Assembly: GCA_963662665.2 (NCBI GenBank) | Contig: CAXXJS010000066.1 | Span: 1 to 42,398 of the forward strand | Length of the DNA stretch: 42,398 nt | From: Candidatus Latescibacterota bacterium | GTDB taxonomy: Bacteria > Latescibacterota > UBA2968 > GCA-2709665 | Direction of reading: 5' to 3' | Part shown: positions 27,895-37,681 of the stretch, in pieces | Position numbering within the stretch: position 1 is the stretch's first letter | Layout: each line of letters opens with the position of its first letter | The notes under the pieces: generated by a model | Seen by the model: only the letters and a program-made list of their open reading frames with translations | Databases searched by the model: none | What the model was told of the DNA's origin: nothing | Made by a program: the position numbers and the translations under genes

Positions 27895-29978
27895 CGCAGA
27901 CCCTCCCGGCGTGTCAGCAGCAGGATTCCGCTTGCCTCCACGGAAATGGTCCATCCGTGAGGCGCAACGGCCGTGGACTCGGCTTCTTCCACAATTGCGG
28001 GGCCCGAAACGCTAAAATCTGCCGCCATCCTGTACCGGTCGAATACCGGCGTCTGCGAGGGACCGGATTCCACGTTGAATAACACCTCGCGAACGCCCTT
28101 TTTTGCGTCCCCGGCCGCCGAAGAGGCCGCCTCCACGTGGCCGAGATCGGGTTTCTGCCCGGACATCCGAACCCGCCAGTGAACGGATTCGATTTCCACG
28201 CCTTCACACGTGCGCGTAAATTTGCGTGTATATGCCGAGTCGAACCCCCGCCGGATTTCAACCAAACGATCGGGACCCAGTATGCCGCCCGGGACCGGGA
28301 CTCGAATTTCGTGGCCCTGACCCACGTAGCGCATATCCGCGGTCCGCTCAATCCGCATCTCGGCCGGGGCCACGCCCGCCTCTCGCAATACTTCCCCGCC
28401 GTCCGTTTCCATCTCTTCAAAGAGACTGTTTAATCGCTCGTAATTCAATGCCTCGAGACGGGCAACGTAACTCCTTGCGAAGTCAAACGAAATTGGCGCG
28501 AGCATAAGCCCGAAGGCAGAACTAACGCCCGCCGCGGGCGGCACGATAACGGAACCGATTCCCAGACGCTCGGCCACGCCGCAGGCATGCACCGGACCCG
28601 CGCCGCCGGTTGCCACCATCGTATATCCCCGGATATCAACTCCGCGCTCGGCCGCGTGAACGCGAGCGGCATTCGCCATATTTTCGTTCACCATCCTGTG
28701 TATACCCCAGGACATGCGGTTCACGTCCATATCAAGACGCCTGGCCATCCGGTGAACGGCGCTCCTTGCGAGGCCCGGGTCCAGCGCCATCTTGCCACCG
28801 AGGAAATAATCGGGATTCAGCATTCCCAGAATCAGGTCGGCGTCCGTCACGGTGGGCTCTTCCCCACCGTGTGCGTAACACGCGGGACCTGGTACCGACC
28901 CGGCGCTCTCCGGTCCGACCGCCGGCAGACCCATTTCGTTCAGGCGTGCGATACTGCCTCCACCTGCGCCGATTTCAATCATATCCAGAACCGGCACCAG
29001 CAGGGGCAATCCGCTGCCGCGCTTGAAACGATAGACACGCGCCACCTCGGATTCGGTCGTGACGGGAAACGCGCCTTCGGTGCCGAGTACCGCTTTTGCC
29101 GTCGTTCCGCCCATATCAAACGCGAGAACATTCCGCCGGTTCGCCCGGTTTGCCCAATAGGCGGCGGACAATGCCCCGCCGCTCGGACCGGATTCCACAA
29201 GTCGAACCGGAAAGGCCGCGGCCGTCTCGGCCGAACAAACGCCGCCGTTGGACAGCATTATGTGCAAAGGCGCACTGATCCCTTTTGTTTCCAACCCTTC
29301 GGACAATCCTCCCAAATAGCGCCGCGCAAGTGGTTGCACATAAGCGTTTGCGACGGTGGTGGAGGTCCGGTCGTACTCCCGCAATTCGGGCGCGACCTGA
29401 TGTGAAACCGAAATCGAAACACCGGGCATCGTTTCCTCAACCACCTGCATCGCCCGACGCTCGTGTTCCGGATTTGCGTATGCGTGCAGAAAACAAATGG
29501 CAACCGCCTCGACCCCTTCATCCAGAAACTTGCCGCACGCGTCGAGAATCGATGGCTCGTTCAGGCTCTCCAGCACTTCTCCTCTAACATTCATCCGTTC
29601 CGGTGCGCCAATTCTCAATCTGCGTTCCACAAGCGGTTCGGGCAATTCCAGCTGCAGATCGTAGATATCGTATCGACCTTCGCGTCCGATCTCCAGCGCA
29701 TCCCGAAACCCTTCCGTTGTAATCAACCCTGTGTGCGCGCCCTTACGCTCTATAAGGGCGTTGGTCACCAGCGTTGTACCGTGGATGACGCGTTGTATGG
29801 CTTGCGCTTTGTCGGAACGGAGTACCGAACTGATCCCCGTGAGCACGGCCTTGGATGGATCCGGATAACTCGTGGGAACCTTGGCAACCGCCTGCCGACC
29901 GGTTCGACAATCACGAAGAACAAGATCCGTGAACGTGCCGCCAATGTCAATTGCCAGGGTAAATTCGCCTTCGACCAT
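27891..29978 (-). CDS. Hydantoinase A/oxoprolinase family ATP-binding subunit
   Basis: DIGGTFTD, HGTTLVTNAL, ESGPSGG, DMGGTT, EIGAGGGS, GPESAGSVPGPACY, PTVTDA. Confidence 0.95.
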   Translation of the reverse strand: MVEGEFTLAIDIGGTFTDLVLRDCRTGRQAVAKVPTSYPDPSKAVLTGISSVLRSDKAQAIQRVIHGTTLVTNALIERKGAHTGLITTEGFRDALEIGREGRYDIYDLQLELPEPLVERRLRIGAPERMNVRGEVLESLNEPSILDACGKFLDEGVEAVAICFLHAYANPEHERRAMQVVEETMPGVSISVSHQVAPELREYDRTSTTVANAYVQPLARRYLGGLSEGLETKGISAPLHIMLSNGGVCSAETAAAFPVRLVESGPSGGALSAAYWANRANRRNVLAFDMGGTTAKAVLGTEGAFPVTTESEVARVYRFKRGSGLPLLVPVLDMIEIGAGGGSIARLNEMGLPAVGPESAGSVPGPACYAHGGEEPTVTDADLILGMLNPDYFLGGKMALDPGLARSAVHRMARRLDMDVNRMSWGIHRMVNENMANAARVHAAERGVDIRGYTMVATGGAGPVHACGVAERLGIGSVIVPPAAGVSSAFGLMLAPISFDFARSYVARLEALNYERLNSLFEEMETDGGEVLREAGVAPAEMRIERTADMRYVGQGHEIRVPVPGGILGPDRLVEIRRGFDSAYTRKFTRTCEGVEIESVHWRVRMSGQKPDLGHVEAASSAAGDAKKGVREVLFNVESGPSQTPVFDRYRMAADFSVSGPAIVEEAESTAVAPHGWTISVEASGILLLTRREGLR

Positions 29979-30405
29979 CCCGTTTCGCTCCGTTCAGGCG
30001 CCCAATGGCGTCCATCGCACCAAATTTCTCTGGATTACCGATCGTGTGAGGGAAAGCTCCAACACGAGTCACAAATCTCCACCTGTACCGGTCTCGCTTA
30101 TTTCCTCAACCTGACGCTCCCCGTGTTACAACAACCGGCAGGGCTTCGCCCTCCGCGCCCTTCGGGGTATCGAATTCCCGCCGAAACGTCGATACTCGCG
30201 GAAGGCGCCGTGCGGATGAAAACCTGCCGAAGGCGAAGCATAAATATGCGCCTCGAGGTCCTGAAAGTCAACTCAAACAGGTGTTCCCGAGCAGGAATTG
30301 AAAGTGAGTCCGACAACAGCGTGCAATGGCGACGCCTTTCTTCCGGGCGAAGCAGACGCAAGCCGGTTTGCGGTCCTGAACGGACCACCGGATACGCATT
30401 ATGGC

Positions 30406-30434
30406 TTGACAACCCGCGGGCGTTTATTTAATTT
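30406..30434 (+). promoter_or_regulatory. Sigma70 promoter for tRNA-Gly
   Basis: TTGACA-N17-TAATTT about 30 nt upstream of the tRNA. Confidence 0.6.
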
Positions 30435-30465
30435 TCGGATTCACCCGATATCAAAGCGACTGCGA

Positions 30466-30541
30466 GCGGGAATAGCTCAGCTGGTAGAGCACAACCTTGC
30501 CAAGGTTGGGGTCGCGGGTTCGAGTCCCGTTTCCCGCTCCA
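30466..30541 (+). tRNA. tRNA-Gly(GCC) with encoded CCA
   Basis: GCGGGAATAGCTCAGCTGGTAGAGCACAACCTT-GCC-AAGGTTGGGGTCGCGGGTTCGAGTCCCGTTTCCCGCTCCA, 76 nt canonical. Confidence 0.98.
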
Positions 30542-30557
30542 TTTTCCGCAAACGAAA

Positions 30558-30585
30558 GCCCGTTAAACCTGCCTGTTTAACGGGC
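30558..30585 (+). terminator. Hairpin/terminator after tRNA-Gly
   Basis: GCCCGTTAAAC-CTGCCT-GTTTAACGGGC, a perfect 11-bp stem with an imperfect T-rich tail. Confidence 0.6.
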
Positions 30586-30643
30586 GCTCTTATTGGTTAT
30601 CGTCCACCCCTCTGCCCGTGGAATACGCTCCGGAGGCGCCCGC

Positions 30644-31840
30644 GTGAATTCCCAGCGGCACGACGAATTCAAGTACCATCGCCTGCCGGGTATCGCACTT
30701 TGGGCCCCTGGACCGCACGCACTCACGCCGGCAGTCCAGCGTGTACTCCGGACCTACCGGGCGTCTTACACCCACAGGTCAACCGACTTCAAGGCGGTAT
30801 ACGCGCAGGCAGTCAGCCTCCTTCGCGCGGCATTCCACATTTCCGAGGAATTCACGCCGATAATTTTCGGACACAGCGCCAGTTACAACTGGGAAATGGT
30901 CGCCGTCAATACACCACCCGGCTACCGGGCCCTGGGTCTGGCCATGGGAGCGTTCTCAGCCCGATGGGTAGACGTATTCAAGCGGCTTGGCCGGCCGGTT
31001 GACGATTTGAAGGTGCCGTTGGGGCACGGCATCGAACCCGGCACATGGCGGAGCACACTGCAGAAGGGCTACGACATCGCGCTCCTTACGCACAACGAAA
31101 CCGCGACCGGGGTTGCGCTGCCGGTCGGTGCCCTCTGTGAGGATGCGAGCCGGCATGCGCCGGATACGTTGATCGCTATCGACGGTGTGAGTATTGCCGG
31201 GGCGGTTGCACTTGACATTGGCGCTCTGCGACCGGACTATTATCTTTGGAGCCTTCAAAAGGACTTCTCGATCCCTGCCATCGGTTCGGTGATGGTCGTA
31301 TCCCGTCGTGCGATCGAGACCGCAAAAAGCGTCTCGAATAGAGGATACGTACTGGACCTGATCGAATGGCACTCCCGCGCCGCGGACGCACAAACGCCCG
31401 TGACCGTGTCCGACCTCATGCTGCGATGTCTGGTCGCCCGGCTCGAGGAGATGCTGGACGAAGGAGAATCCCGTTTCGATCGGCACCGAAACCTTGCGCG
31501 AATGCAGCGCGACTGGGCAAAGAAACACGGTCTGGATCTGCTCGCGCAGCCGGGATTCTACAGCCCCACGGTCACCACCATCCTGATGCCCGATTCCGTT
31601 CCCGCGTCTGAATTTGTCCGCGACGCGAAGGACCTGCTTAACGTCCAGATCGCACCCGGTTACGGTACCATGCGGGATACCGCCATCCGGATTGCCGCGA
31701 TGGGAAACACGTCTGAATCCGATATGGAGCGGGTTCTGGCCGGGTTGTCGCTGATTCTTGAAAAACGGGCGGCCGGGAGGCCCACCGACCGCCGCCCTGC
31801 ACGTGCACCTTCCGGCTCTGAGCATCATCGGCAGACTTGA
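30644..31840 (+). CDS. Class V PLP aminotransferase (alanine-glyoxylate/serine-pyruvate family)
   Basis: PGP, HRS..F, THNETATGV, IDGVS, SLQK (PLP Lys), SPTVT, IRIAAMG. GTG 30644 follows GGAGG. Confidence 0.88.
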   Translation: MNSQRHDEFKYHRLPGIALWAPGPHALTPAVQRVLRTYRASYTHRSTDFKAVYAQAVSLLRAAFHISEEFTPIIFGHSASYNWEMVAVNTPPGYRALGLAMGAFSARWVDVFKRLGRPVDDLKVPLGHGIEPGTWRSTLQKGYDIALLTHNETATGVALPVGALCEDASRHAPDTLIAIDGVSIAGAVALDIGALRPDYYLWSLQKDFSIPAIGSVMVVSRRAIETAKSVSNRGYVLDLIEWHSRAADAQTPVTVSDLMLRCLVARLEEMLDEGESRFDRHRNLARMQRDWAKKHGLDLLAQPGFYSPTVTTILMPDSVPASEFVRDAKDLLNVQIAPGYGTMRDTAIRIAAMGNTSESDMERVLAGLSLILEKRAAGRPTDRRPARAPSGSEHHRQT

Positions 31841-31971
31841 GCACGAATTATCGTCGGCCTGCCGAAGTTGGCGTCGCCATCCTTTATCGTCTGACACGGC
31901 GAGGATTCTGTTCATCTTCGCCCACGTGCCGATGAAAAACCCCCGATGAGAATTTTTGCCGAGGGTCCTCT

Positions 31972-32787
31972 ATGCATCCTACCTCGATGGTCTGTCCGGG
32001 CTGCCGCAACCTGATTAGCACGGATGAGAAAAAGTGCCCGTATTGCGGCGCCTTCCGCCCGGGCCTCTGGGGGCTGGGGCCGTCGCTGAATCGGCTTTTT
32101 GGATCGAAAATCGACGTTCTCACACTCATTCCTACGGCGTGTATCGCCATTTACGTGCTCAGTCTGATTCTGGACCTGGATGCCGCCCTGGCAATGAGGG
32201 GCGGATTTTTCAATATGCTCTCGCCGGGACAACTTCCGTTGGTCGCGCTGGGCATGACCTACGGTGGTGCCCCGTGGTGGACAACGTTCACGGCCATCTA
32301 TCTGCACGGAGGTCTGCTCCATATTCTCTTCAATGTGCTGTGGATCCGGCAATTGGGTCCCGAGGTCGGCAACCTCTACGGTCCGGCACGATATTTTATC
32401 ATCTTTACCGCTGGGGGTGTCGTTGGTTTTCTCCTCTCCAATACCGTGTCCCCTTACCCCACACTTGGAGCTTCCGGCTCGATTTTCGGACTCCTGGCTG
32501 CCCTCATCGTCTATGGTCGAAGCCAGAAGACGAGCTTCGCCGCCGTGATGACGCGTCAGGTATGGCAGTGGGCAATCATGCTCTTCATCTTCGGTTTTCT
32601 TATGCAGGGTGTAAACAACTGGGCTCACTTCGGAGGATTCGCCGGGGGATGGATCGCGTCGCGGCTCCTCGTGTCAAATGCACGCTGGCGCGAGGGATGC
32701 CTCACGGTCGTGGTTGCGCTGCTCCTTCTTTTGATCACGGGAGCCGGTTTCGCGCTGTCGTTATATTACGCCATTGGGGGCCTGTAG
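31972..32787 (+). CDS. Rhomboid intramembrane serine protease with N-terminal zinc ribbon
   Basis: CPGC-x10-CPYC, HGGLLHILFN, catalytic GASG, NWAHFGG, several TM helices. Confidence 0.92.
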   Translation: MHPTSMVCPGCRNLISTDEKKCPYCGAFRPGLWGLGPSLNRLFGSKIDVLTLIPTACIAIYVLSLILDLDAALAMRGGFFNMLSPGQLPLVALGMTYGGAPWWTTFTAIYLHGGLLHILFNVLWIRQLGPEVGNLYGPARYFIIFTAGGVVGFLLSNTVSPYPTLGASGSIFGLLAALIVYGRSQKTSFAAVMTRQVWQWAIMLFIFGFLMQGVNNWAHFGGFAGGWIASRLLVSNARWREGCLTVVVALLLLLITGAGFALSLYYAIGGL

Positions 32788-32926
32788 GTGCGACGCCTGT
32801 AGCCGCGCTGACACCTCAGCCGCCGGCGCCCACTGTCCTGCTATCCGGCGACCGGCTGACTGTCTCGCCAATTACAGGTTGAGTCCCATTGAACGGGAAT
32901 GGCGATCGCTGGTTCGTGGGAATGGA

Positions 32927-33778
32927 TTATTGAAAACTCCTGCGGGCCCAATCCTCCCGATCTTCAACGACATGCTCCGGCGACTTCCTGCTCCTGGCCA
33001 AATGCCCTGTTTGCCGGCGCATCGTGGGTTGAGTCGCATCCTGGTATCGCCAGTCCATGCTCCAGCGGACCATTCGGGTTCTGTTGGGTAAACCGCAGTG
33101 AAACATCAGGTTATGAAACAGTACGACATCGCCGGGATCCACTTCGATAGAAACCGCTTGCCCCAGGCGTAAATCCAACTCCTCCTCCGCAATCTCCAGG
33201 TAATACTCGCGCTTTTCGTGAGGCACGATGCCCAGTTTGTGCGTACCGGGCACAAACTGCATGCAGCCGTTCTCCTCTGTGGCCGGCACGAGGGGCGCCC
33301 ACACGTTTACCATCTTCAGTTCCTCCACGCCCTGGGCGGCCTGCGCCGTGTATCCACCGTCCTGATGCCAGAGAACCAGCGTTCCCTTCCACTCCGGGAA
33401 CTTCGGACGCGCCGTGTAATTCGGGTACAGCCTTATCTCGGGGCCGAGAAGGAATTGTACGACATCCAGCAGTGGTGCGTGAAAGAACAGATCAAACAGC
33501 CTGGGTCCGTGCAGTTGGGGCCGAAATGACGTTGGCGCCGCGTCCATGCAGTGTTCGAATAACCGCCCGATGCGCGTTTCGAAGGGCGCATCAACGAAAT
33601 CTTCCTCTATGCGGCCCGCGGCCATTAATCGCTCCGCCTCACGGTCAACCAGAACATTCAGTTCCTCCCTGGCCCCTTGAATTACGGCCGGCGCCAGGAA
33701 TGCCTTCATAATAAGATAACCGTCACGATTGAACGCATCCTTCATCCCGATTTCGTCCAACTTCGTGAAGTTTGCCAT
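32927..33778 (-). CDS. Phytanoyl-CoA dioxygenase (PhyH) family Fe(II)/2OG enzyme
   Basis: FNRDGYL, WHQD, VWAPL, ENGCMQFVPGTH, GDVVLFH, distal His, RWS. Confidence 0.9.
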   Translation of the reverse strand: MANFTKLDEIGMKDAFNRDGYLIMKAFLAPAVIQGAREELNVLVDREAERLMAAGRIEEDFVDAPFETRIGRLFEHCMDAAPTSFRPQLHGPRLFDLFFHAPLLDVVQFLLGPEIRLYPNYTARPKFPEWKGTLVLWHQDGGYTAQAAQGVEELKMVNVWAPLVPATEENGCMQFVPGTHKLGIVPHEKREYYLEIAEEELDLRLGQAVSIEVDPGDVVLFHNLMFHCGLPNRTRMVRWSMDWRYQDATQPTMRRQTGHLARSRKSPEHVVEDREDWARRSFQ

Positions 33779-33934
33779 AATACCTCCCTCAGTGTTCTGT
33801 CCCTAAAATATCTTACCGTTCTCCCGCCTGCCCCGCATGCTTCAGCAGGCAGGCCGATTCATCCCGTCGCGCTTCAGGACCGACACCACATCGCTCGTGA
33901 ACGGGAACGGCACAGAGTATATTTAATAGGCTTC

Positions 33935-35053
33935 CTATAGAACGGAAAGGTACAATTTCCGGCATGCGGCTTCGGTCAAGGGCCTCGGGTTCGTCGGGCT
34001 GCAGTGGTCCGCGGCCGCCTTCGCCGCGAGCGTTTCCAGTTCTTCCTTCACGATCCCCAATTCGGAGAGGGCAGCCGGAAGCCCCAACTGTCTGATCATG
34101 GTCTCAAAATAGTCCGGTAACTCGGACCCCTTCTTCACCCCCAGCCGACGCGCCATGTCGTTGAGTTTACCCGCACAGAAGTCGGCGTTGAACCTCAGCA
34201 CGGCGGGTAGAAACAGACCGTTAAGCGTGCCGTGATGCAACGATCGGTCCAACGACCCCAACGGATGGCTCAAGCTGTGAACGGCGCCGAGGCCTTTCTG
34301 AAACGCCAGTCCCCCCTGAAGCGCGCACATCATCATCCCCTTCCTGGCTTCCCGGTCTGTTCCATCGCGAAATGCGGTGAGGACGTGACGAGCTCCCCGT
34401 TCCAGACCGTCGAGCGCGATCGCATCGGCCACGGGATTGCAGCGCGTGCTGCAGAAAGTCTCCACGCAGTGCGAAATGGCGTCCATTCCCGTCCCGGCAC
34501 TCAGGGAAGGCGGCATCGTCATCGTCAACTCAGGGTCGCAGACCGCAGCCGCGGGCGTCAGGTGTGGGCTCAGGAAACCCACTTTGTCGCCGGAACACAA
34601 CGTCACCAGTGCTGCTCTGCCCACCTCGCTTCCGCTGCCGGCCGTGGTAGGGACGGCCACCAGCGGCGGGATCGGGCGGATTATCCGCGTCGTGCCGCCC
34701 CTTAAAATCGCATACGTCTCGAGCGGCCCGTCGTGCCCCACCAGTATCCCGGCGCACTTCGCGAGGTCTATGGAAGATCCGCCTCCTACCGCAACCAGAC
34801 CGTCGCACCTCTCCGCCCTGTAAAGGCCGAGCGCGGACAGGACCTGGAGTTCCGAAGGATTGGTTTTGACGTCGCAGAATATAGGTGCGTCGCCGAGCCC
34901 TACGCGATGCGCAACGTCCAGATCCGCCAGTCCCCGGTCCGTCACCAGAAGTGGCCGGCGCATTCCGAGGTCCGAAAGCAGGTCGGCAATGATGTCCGAC
35001 GTGCCAAATCCGAAGTGAATGTCGGTCACATATGAAATCGTGGGACGGATCAT
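33935..35053 (-). CDS. Iron-containing alcohol dehydrogenase
   Basis: GGGSSID, PTTAGSGSE, GMDAISHCVE, HSLSH, HG. Confidence 0.93.
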   Translation of the reverse strand: MIRPTISYVTDIHFGFGTSDIIADLLSDLGMRRPLLVTDRGLADLDVAHRVGLGDAPIFCDVKTNPSELQVLSALGLYRAERCDGLVAVGGGSSIDLAKCAGILVGHDGPLETYAILRGGTTRIIRPIPPLVAVPTTAGSGSEVGRAALVTLCSGDKVGFLSPHLTPAAAVCDPELTMTMPPSLSAGTGMDAISHCVETFCSTRCNPVADAIALDGLERGARHVLTAFRDGTDREARKGMMMCALQGGLAFQKGLGAVHSLSHPLGSLDRSLHHGTLNGLFLPAVLRFNADFCAGKLNDMARRLGVKKGSELPDYFETMIRQLGLPAALSELGIVKEELETLAAKAAADHCSPTNPRPLTEAACRKLYLSVL

Positions 35054-36705
35054 AACCGCTCAAGTTGCCTTTCGATCGGCTCAGGCGCCCAGTCTGCGTC
35101 GATGCCGAGGTCCCGCAGAATGACCTGCGCACAGTTGTAGCCCGGCAGTCCGGTAATGTTGCCGCCAGGGTGGCAACACGAGCCGCAAAGGTACAGCCCT
35201 CGCAGATGTGTACGGTAATGTCCGGCTCCGGGAAACGGACGGTTGTAACCAATCTGGCCGTGCGTGAACGCGCCGACGAGAAGATCGCCATCCCGCATAT
35301 TCGGAAACGTGCGTTCCACGTCGAGCGGACTGCGCGCGAACCACGAAATCACGTTCTCCTTCAGTCCCGGTGCATATCGGCTCCACAGGTTCAGCATCTC
35401 CTTTCCCATAAGGTCCCGTTCGGAATCCCAAAGCGTGGGATCTCCCTTGAGCCGGTACGGTGCCTTCTCCCACATAAACGCGGTATGCTTCCCCTCCGGC
35501 GCCTGGGAAGGATCAAACAGAGTGGGACAACTTCCCCACATAATGTTCGGCGGGTTTCGTCCCGCCTCATGGCACGCTACCATCTCCATGTACCGATCCA
35601 CGTGATCCAATCCCAGGATGACCATAAACGCCTTCTCCAGACTTGGTTCGGTTGCGGCGGCCGCGTATCGCGGCGGCTCCCGCAGATTCAGATTCAACGC
35701 AAAAAGCGGGGCGACCAGATTGTAACGGAACGCACCCGCACGGTCCCGCCAACTCCGCGGAAGCGCATCCTTATCCAGCAGATCCAGGAAGGTCTGGTGA
35801 GGGTTCAATCCCGATACAACGAAATGTCTGGACATAAAACGCTCACCCGACGTCGCCTCCACGCCCGCAACGCGGTCTCCATCCAGTATGAACCGTTCGG
35901 GTTCCGTCTGCAGGCGCAGTTCACCACCACTCTCCTCAACCGCTGCTGCCAGCGCCCCGGCAAGTGTAGCTGATCCTCCCCGGCACATTTGCGCCTTTCC
36001 CGAACTGGCCAGAAGGGCCGCAATGTGGTGACCGAATCCGGGGCACCGGAGATCGACCTCACGCAACCCGTTAAAAAAAAGTAATCCGGCCTGAATCACC
36101 GGATTTCTGAATTCCCTGCGGACAAATTCGAGGGGAGAAAGCCGGCTGACTTCCAGCAGCAATCGCCCCTCTCTGCTTTTTTGAAGCAAGGCGCTCCGAA
36201 GGGCTGGCTCCAAGGGCGGCGCCTGCGCTTCCGGAACAAGAATCCGCTCAACGATGGGCAGGAACGCGTCCCGCCACCTCCTCAATGTTGCGGCATCGAC
36301 GGTGCTGAAACGCGCGAAGGATTCGACCGTCTTCTCGAAGTCCGTCCACCACTCAAGTGCTTCTCCACCCTCTGACAGAAGGACGACATTCAAGGCCGGC
36401 TCAAGGTATACCGCGCCGTGGCGTTCGAGGTGCAGGTCGCGGTACCACGGCATCCTGTTCAGCGCTCGATGGTAGAACGAATGCGTATTGTGCAGAAAAC
36501 CGGGATTTCCGGGGTCTTCAATCGTCGTGAGCGCACCGCCCGCGACGTTTCGACGCTCGATGCAAAGCACATTGAGCCCGGCCCGGCACAGATAGGCCTG
36601 CAAGACAAGACTGTTGTGTCCGGCGCCAACGATAATTCCATCGTAAATCGGGGAAGTCCCACTGTCCATCACGCCCTCTGCGACCACCGATGAGCGAATC
36701 GCCAC
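35050..36705 (-). CDS. Phytoene dehydrogenase-like FAD-dependent oxidoreductase
   Basis: IVGAGHNSL..AYL, ERR..GGA, DPSQAPEGKH, LYLCGS.CHPGG. The start may instead be ATG 36669. Confidence 0.88.
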   Translation of the reverse strand: MAIRSSVVAEGVMDSGTSPIYDGIIVGAGHNSLVLQAYLCRAGLNVLCIERRNVAGGALTTIEDPGNPGFLHNTHSFYHRALNRMPWYRDLHLERHGAVYLEPALNVVLLSEGGEALEWWTDFEKTVESFARFSTVDAATLRRWRDAFLPIVERILVPEAQAPPLEPALRSALLQKSREGRLLLEVSRLSPLEFVRREFRNPVIQAGLLFFNGLREVDLRCPGFGHHIAALLASSGKAQMCRGGSATLAGALAAAVEESGGELRLQTEPERFILDGDRVAGVEATSGERFMSRHFVVSGLNPHQTFLDLLDKDALPRSWRDRAGAFRYNLVAPLFALNLNLREPPRYAAAATEPSLEKAFMVILGLDHVDRYMEMVACHEAGRNPPNIMWGSCPTLFDPSQAPEGKHTAFMWEKAPYRLKGDPTLWDSERDLMGKEMLNLWSRYAPGLKENVISWFARSPLDVERTFPNMRDGDLLVGAFTHGQIGYNRPFPGAGHYRTHLRGLYLCGSCCHPGGNITGLPGYNCAQVILRDLGIDADWAPEPIERQLERL

Positions 36706-36759
36706 TCCGCTCCGAAACTGTTCTGCAGGCGGCCCGCACGGGTAGTCCCCTGCCTCCCA

Positions 36760-37575
36760 CTACCAGTACCGTTCGATATGCACCTGACCCTCTGTTTTTC
36801 GGGTACGCTCCCTGAATCCGTCGTCTTCGAGCAGGGCAAGCATATCCTCGCACATTTGCGGGTTACCGCACAGGAAAACCTGCGTATCGTCCGGCTTCGG
36901 GCGTTTCCCCCAGGCTCTGACCAGATATCCGCCCGCCCAGAGATCCTGAACATATCCGGTCAGGCCGTTCCACGGTATGGGCTCGTTGGCGGGGCGGCTG
37001 ATCAGCGACAGATAGGTAAGATTCCTGCTGAGCTGTTGCATAATGGTCAGTTCCGACCGGTAACCCAGATCCCAGGAGTGCCGGACGCCGTGCAGAATCG
37101 CAAAGCGCCGTCCGTTGTCGTGCGGCAGGTGGGTGCGCAACATGCTGATATAAGGCGCGAGTCCCGTTCCTGTAGCCACGAGCACAACATCCGCGGAAGG
37201 GGGCGCCTGATCAAGCGTGAATGCGCCGGATACCTTGGGCCCCAGCCAGACGCGGTCACCCCGTTGCAGTGCGAACAACCGGGGCGTCAGCGCGCCCGCT
37301 CGGACGACATTAATGTAGAACTCCATGTGTTCCCGCGCCCTGGATGATGACGCAATCGAATACGCCCGCCGGATCAGGCGTATCGGATCTGGGGTGTCTT
37401 CTTCGGGTTCGGACCGTTCGCTGCGTGGGGCCATTCCGGGAAGTCCGAGAACGGCAAATTGCCCCGGTTCGAACGCCGGAAGATCCCAGCCGTCCGGCTT
37501 CACCTGCAGAATGATCAACTCGGGTGTGAGTTCAATTTTCTGTGATACGATGGCGTTGGACAGATCCTGCGCCAC
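36760..37575 (-). CDS. fpr: Ferredoxin--NADP+ reductase (bacterial FPR type)
   Basis: FEPGQF, RAYSIAS, GALT, ATGTGLAPY, LCGNPQM, terminal ERYW. GTG 37575 follows GGAGG. Confidence 0.9.
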   Translation of the reverse strand: MAQDLSNAIVSQKIELTPELIILQVKPDGWDLPAFEPGQFAVLGLPGMAPRSERSEPEEDTPDPIRLIRRAYSIASSSRAREHMEFYINVVRAGALTPRLFALQRGDRVWLGPKVSGAFTLDQAPPSADVVLVATGTGLAPYISMLRTHLPHDNGRRFAILHGVRHSWDLGYRSELTIMQQLSRNLTYLSLISRPANEPIPWNGLTGYVQDLWAGGYLVRAWGKRPKPDDTQVFLCGNPQMCEDMLALLEDDGFRERTRKTEGQVHIERYW

Positions 37576-37681
37576 ACGAACCTCCACGTAATTCCTGCAT
37601 CAACGCTGCCACCGATCAAGTCACGTCTGCGGCAGTGAGACTTCCGGAAGCGTCCCTGAAAAGGGCGGACGTTCAGTAAGT

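Noticed and set aside
29978-29991. TCCCGTTTCGCTCC resembles the tRNA-Gly 3' end (TCCCGTTTCCCGCTCC), suggesting an att site
   Set aside because: It needs a 2-nt gap, lies upstream of the tRNA, doubles as the hydantoinase RBS on the minus strand, and no integrase is present.
30098-30412. 104-aa minus-strand ORF upstream of hydantoinase A
   Set aside because: TTG start with no RBS, overlaps the tRNA promoter, and has an Arg/Ser-rich non-protein-like composition.
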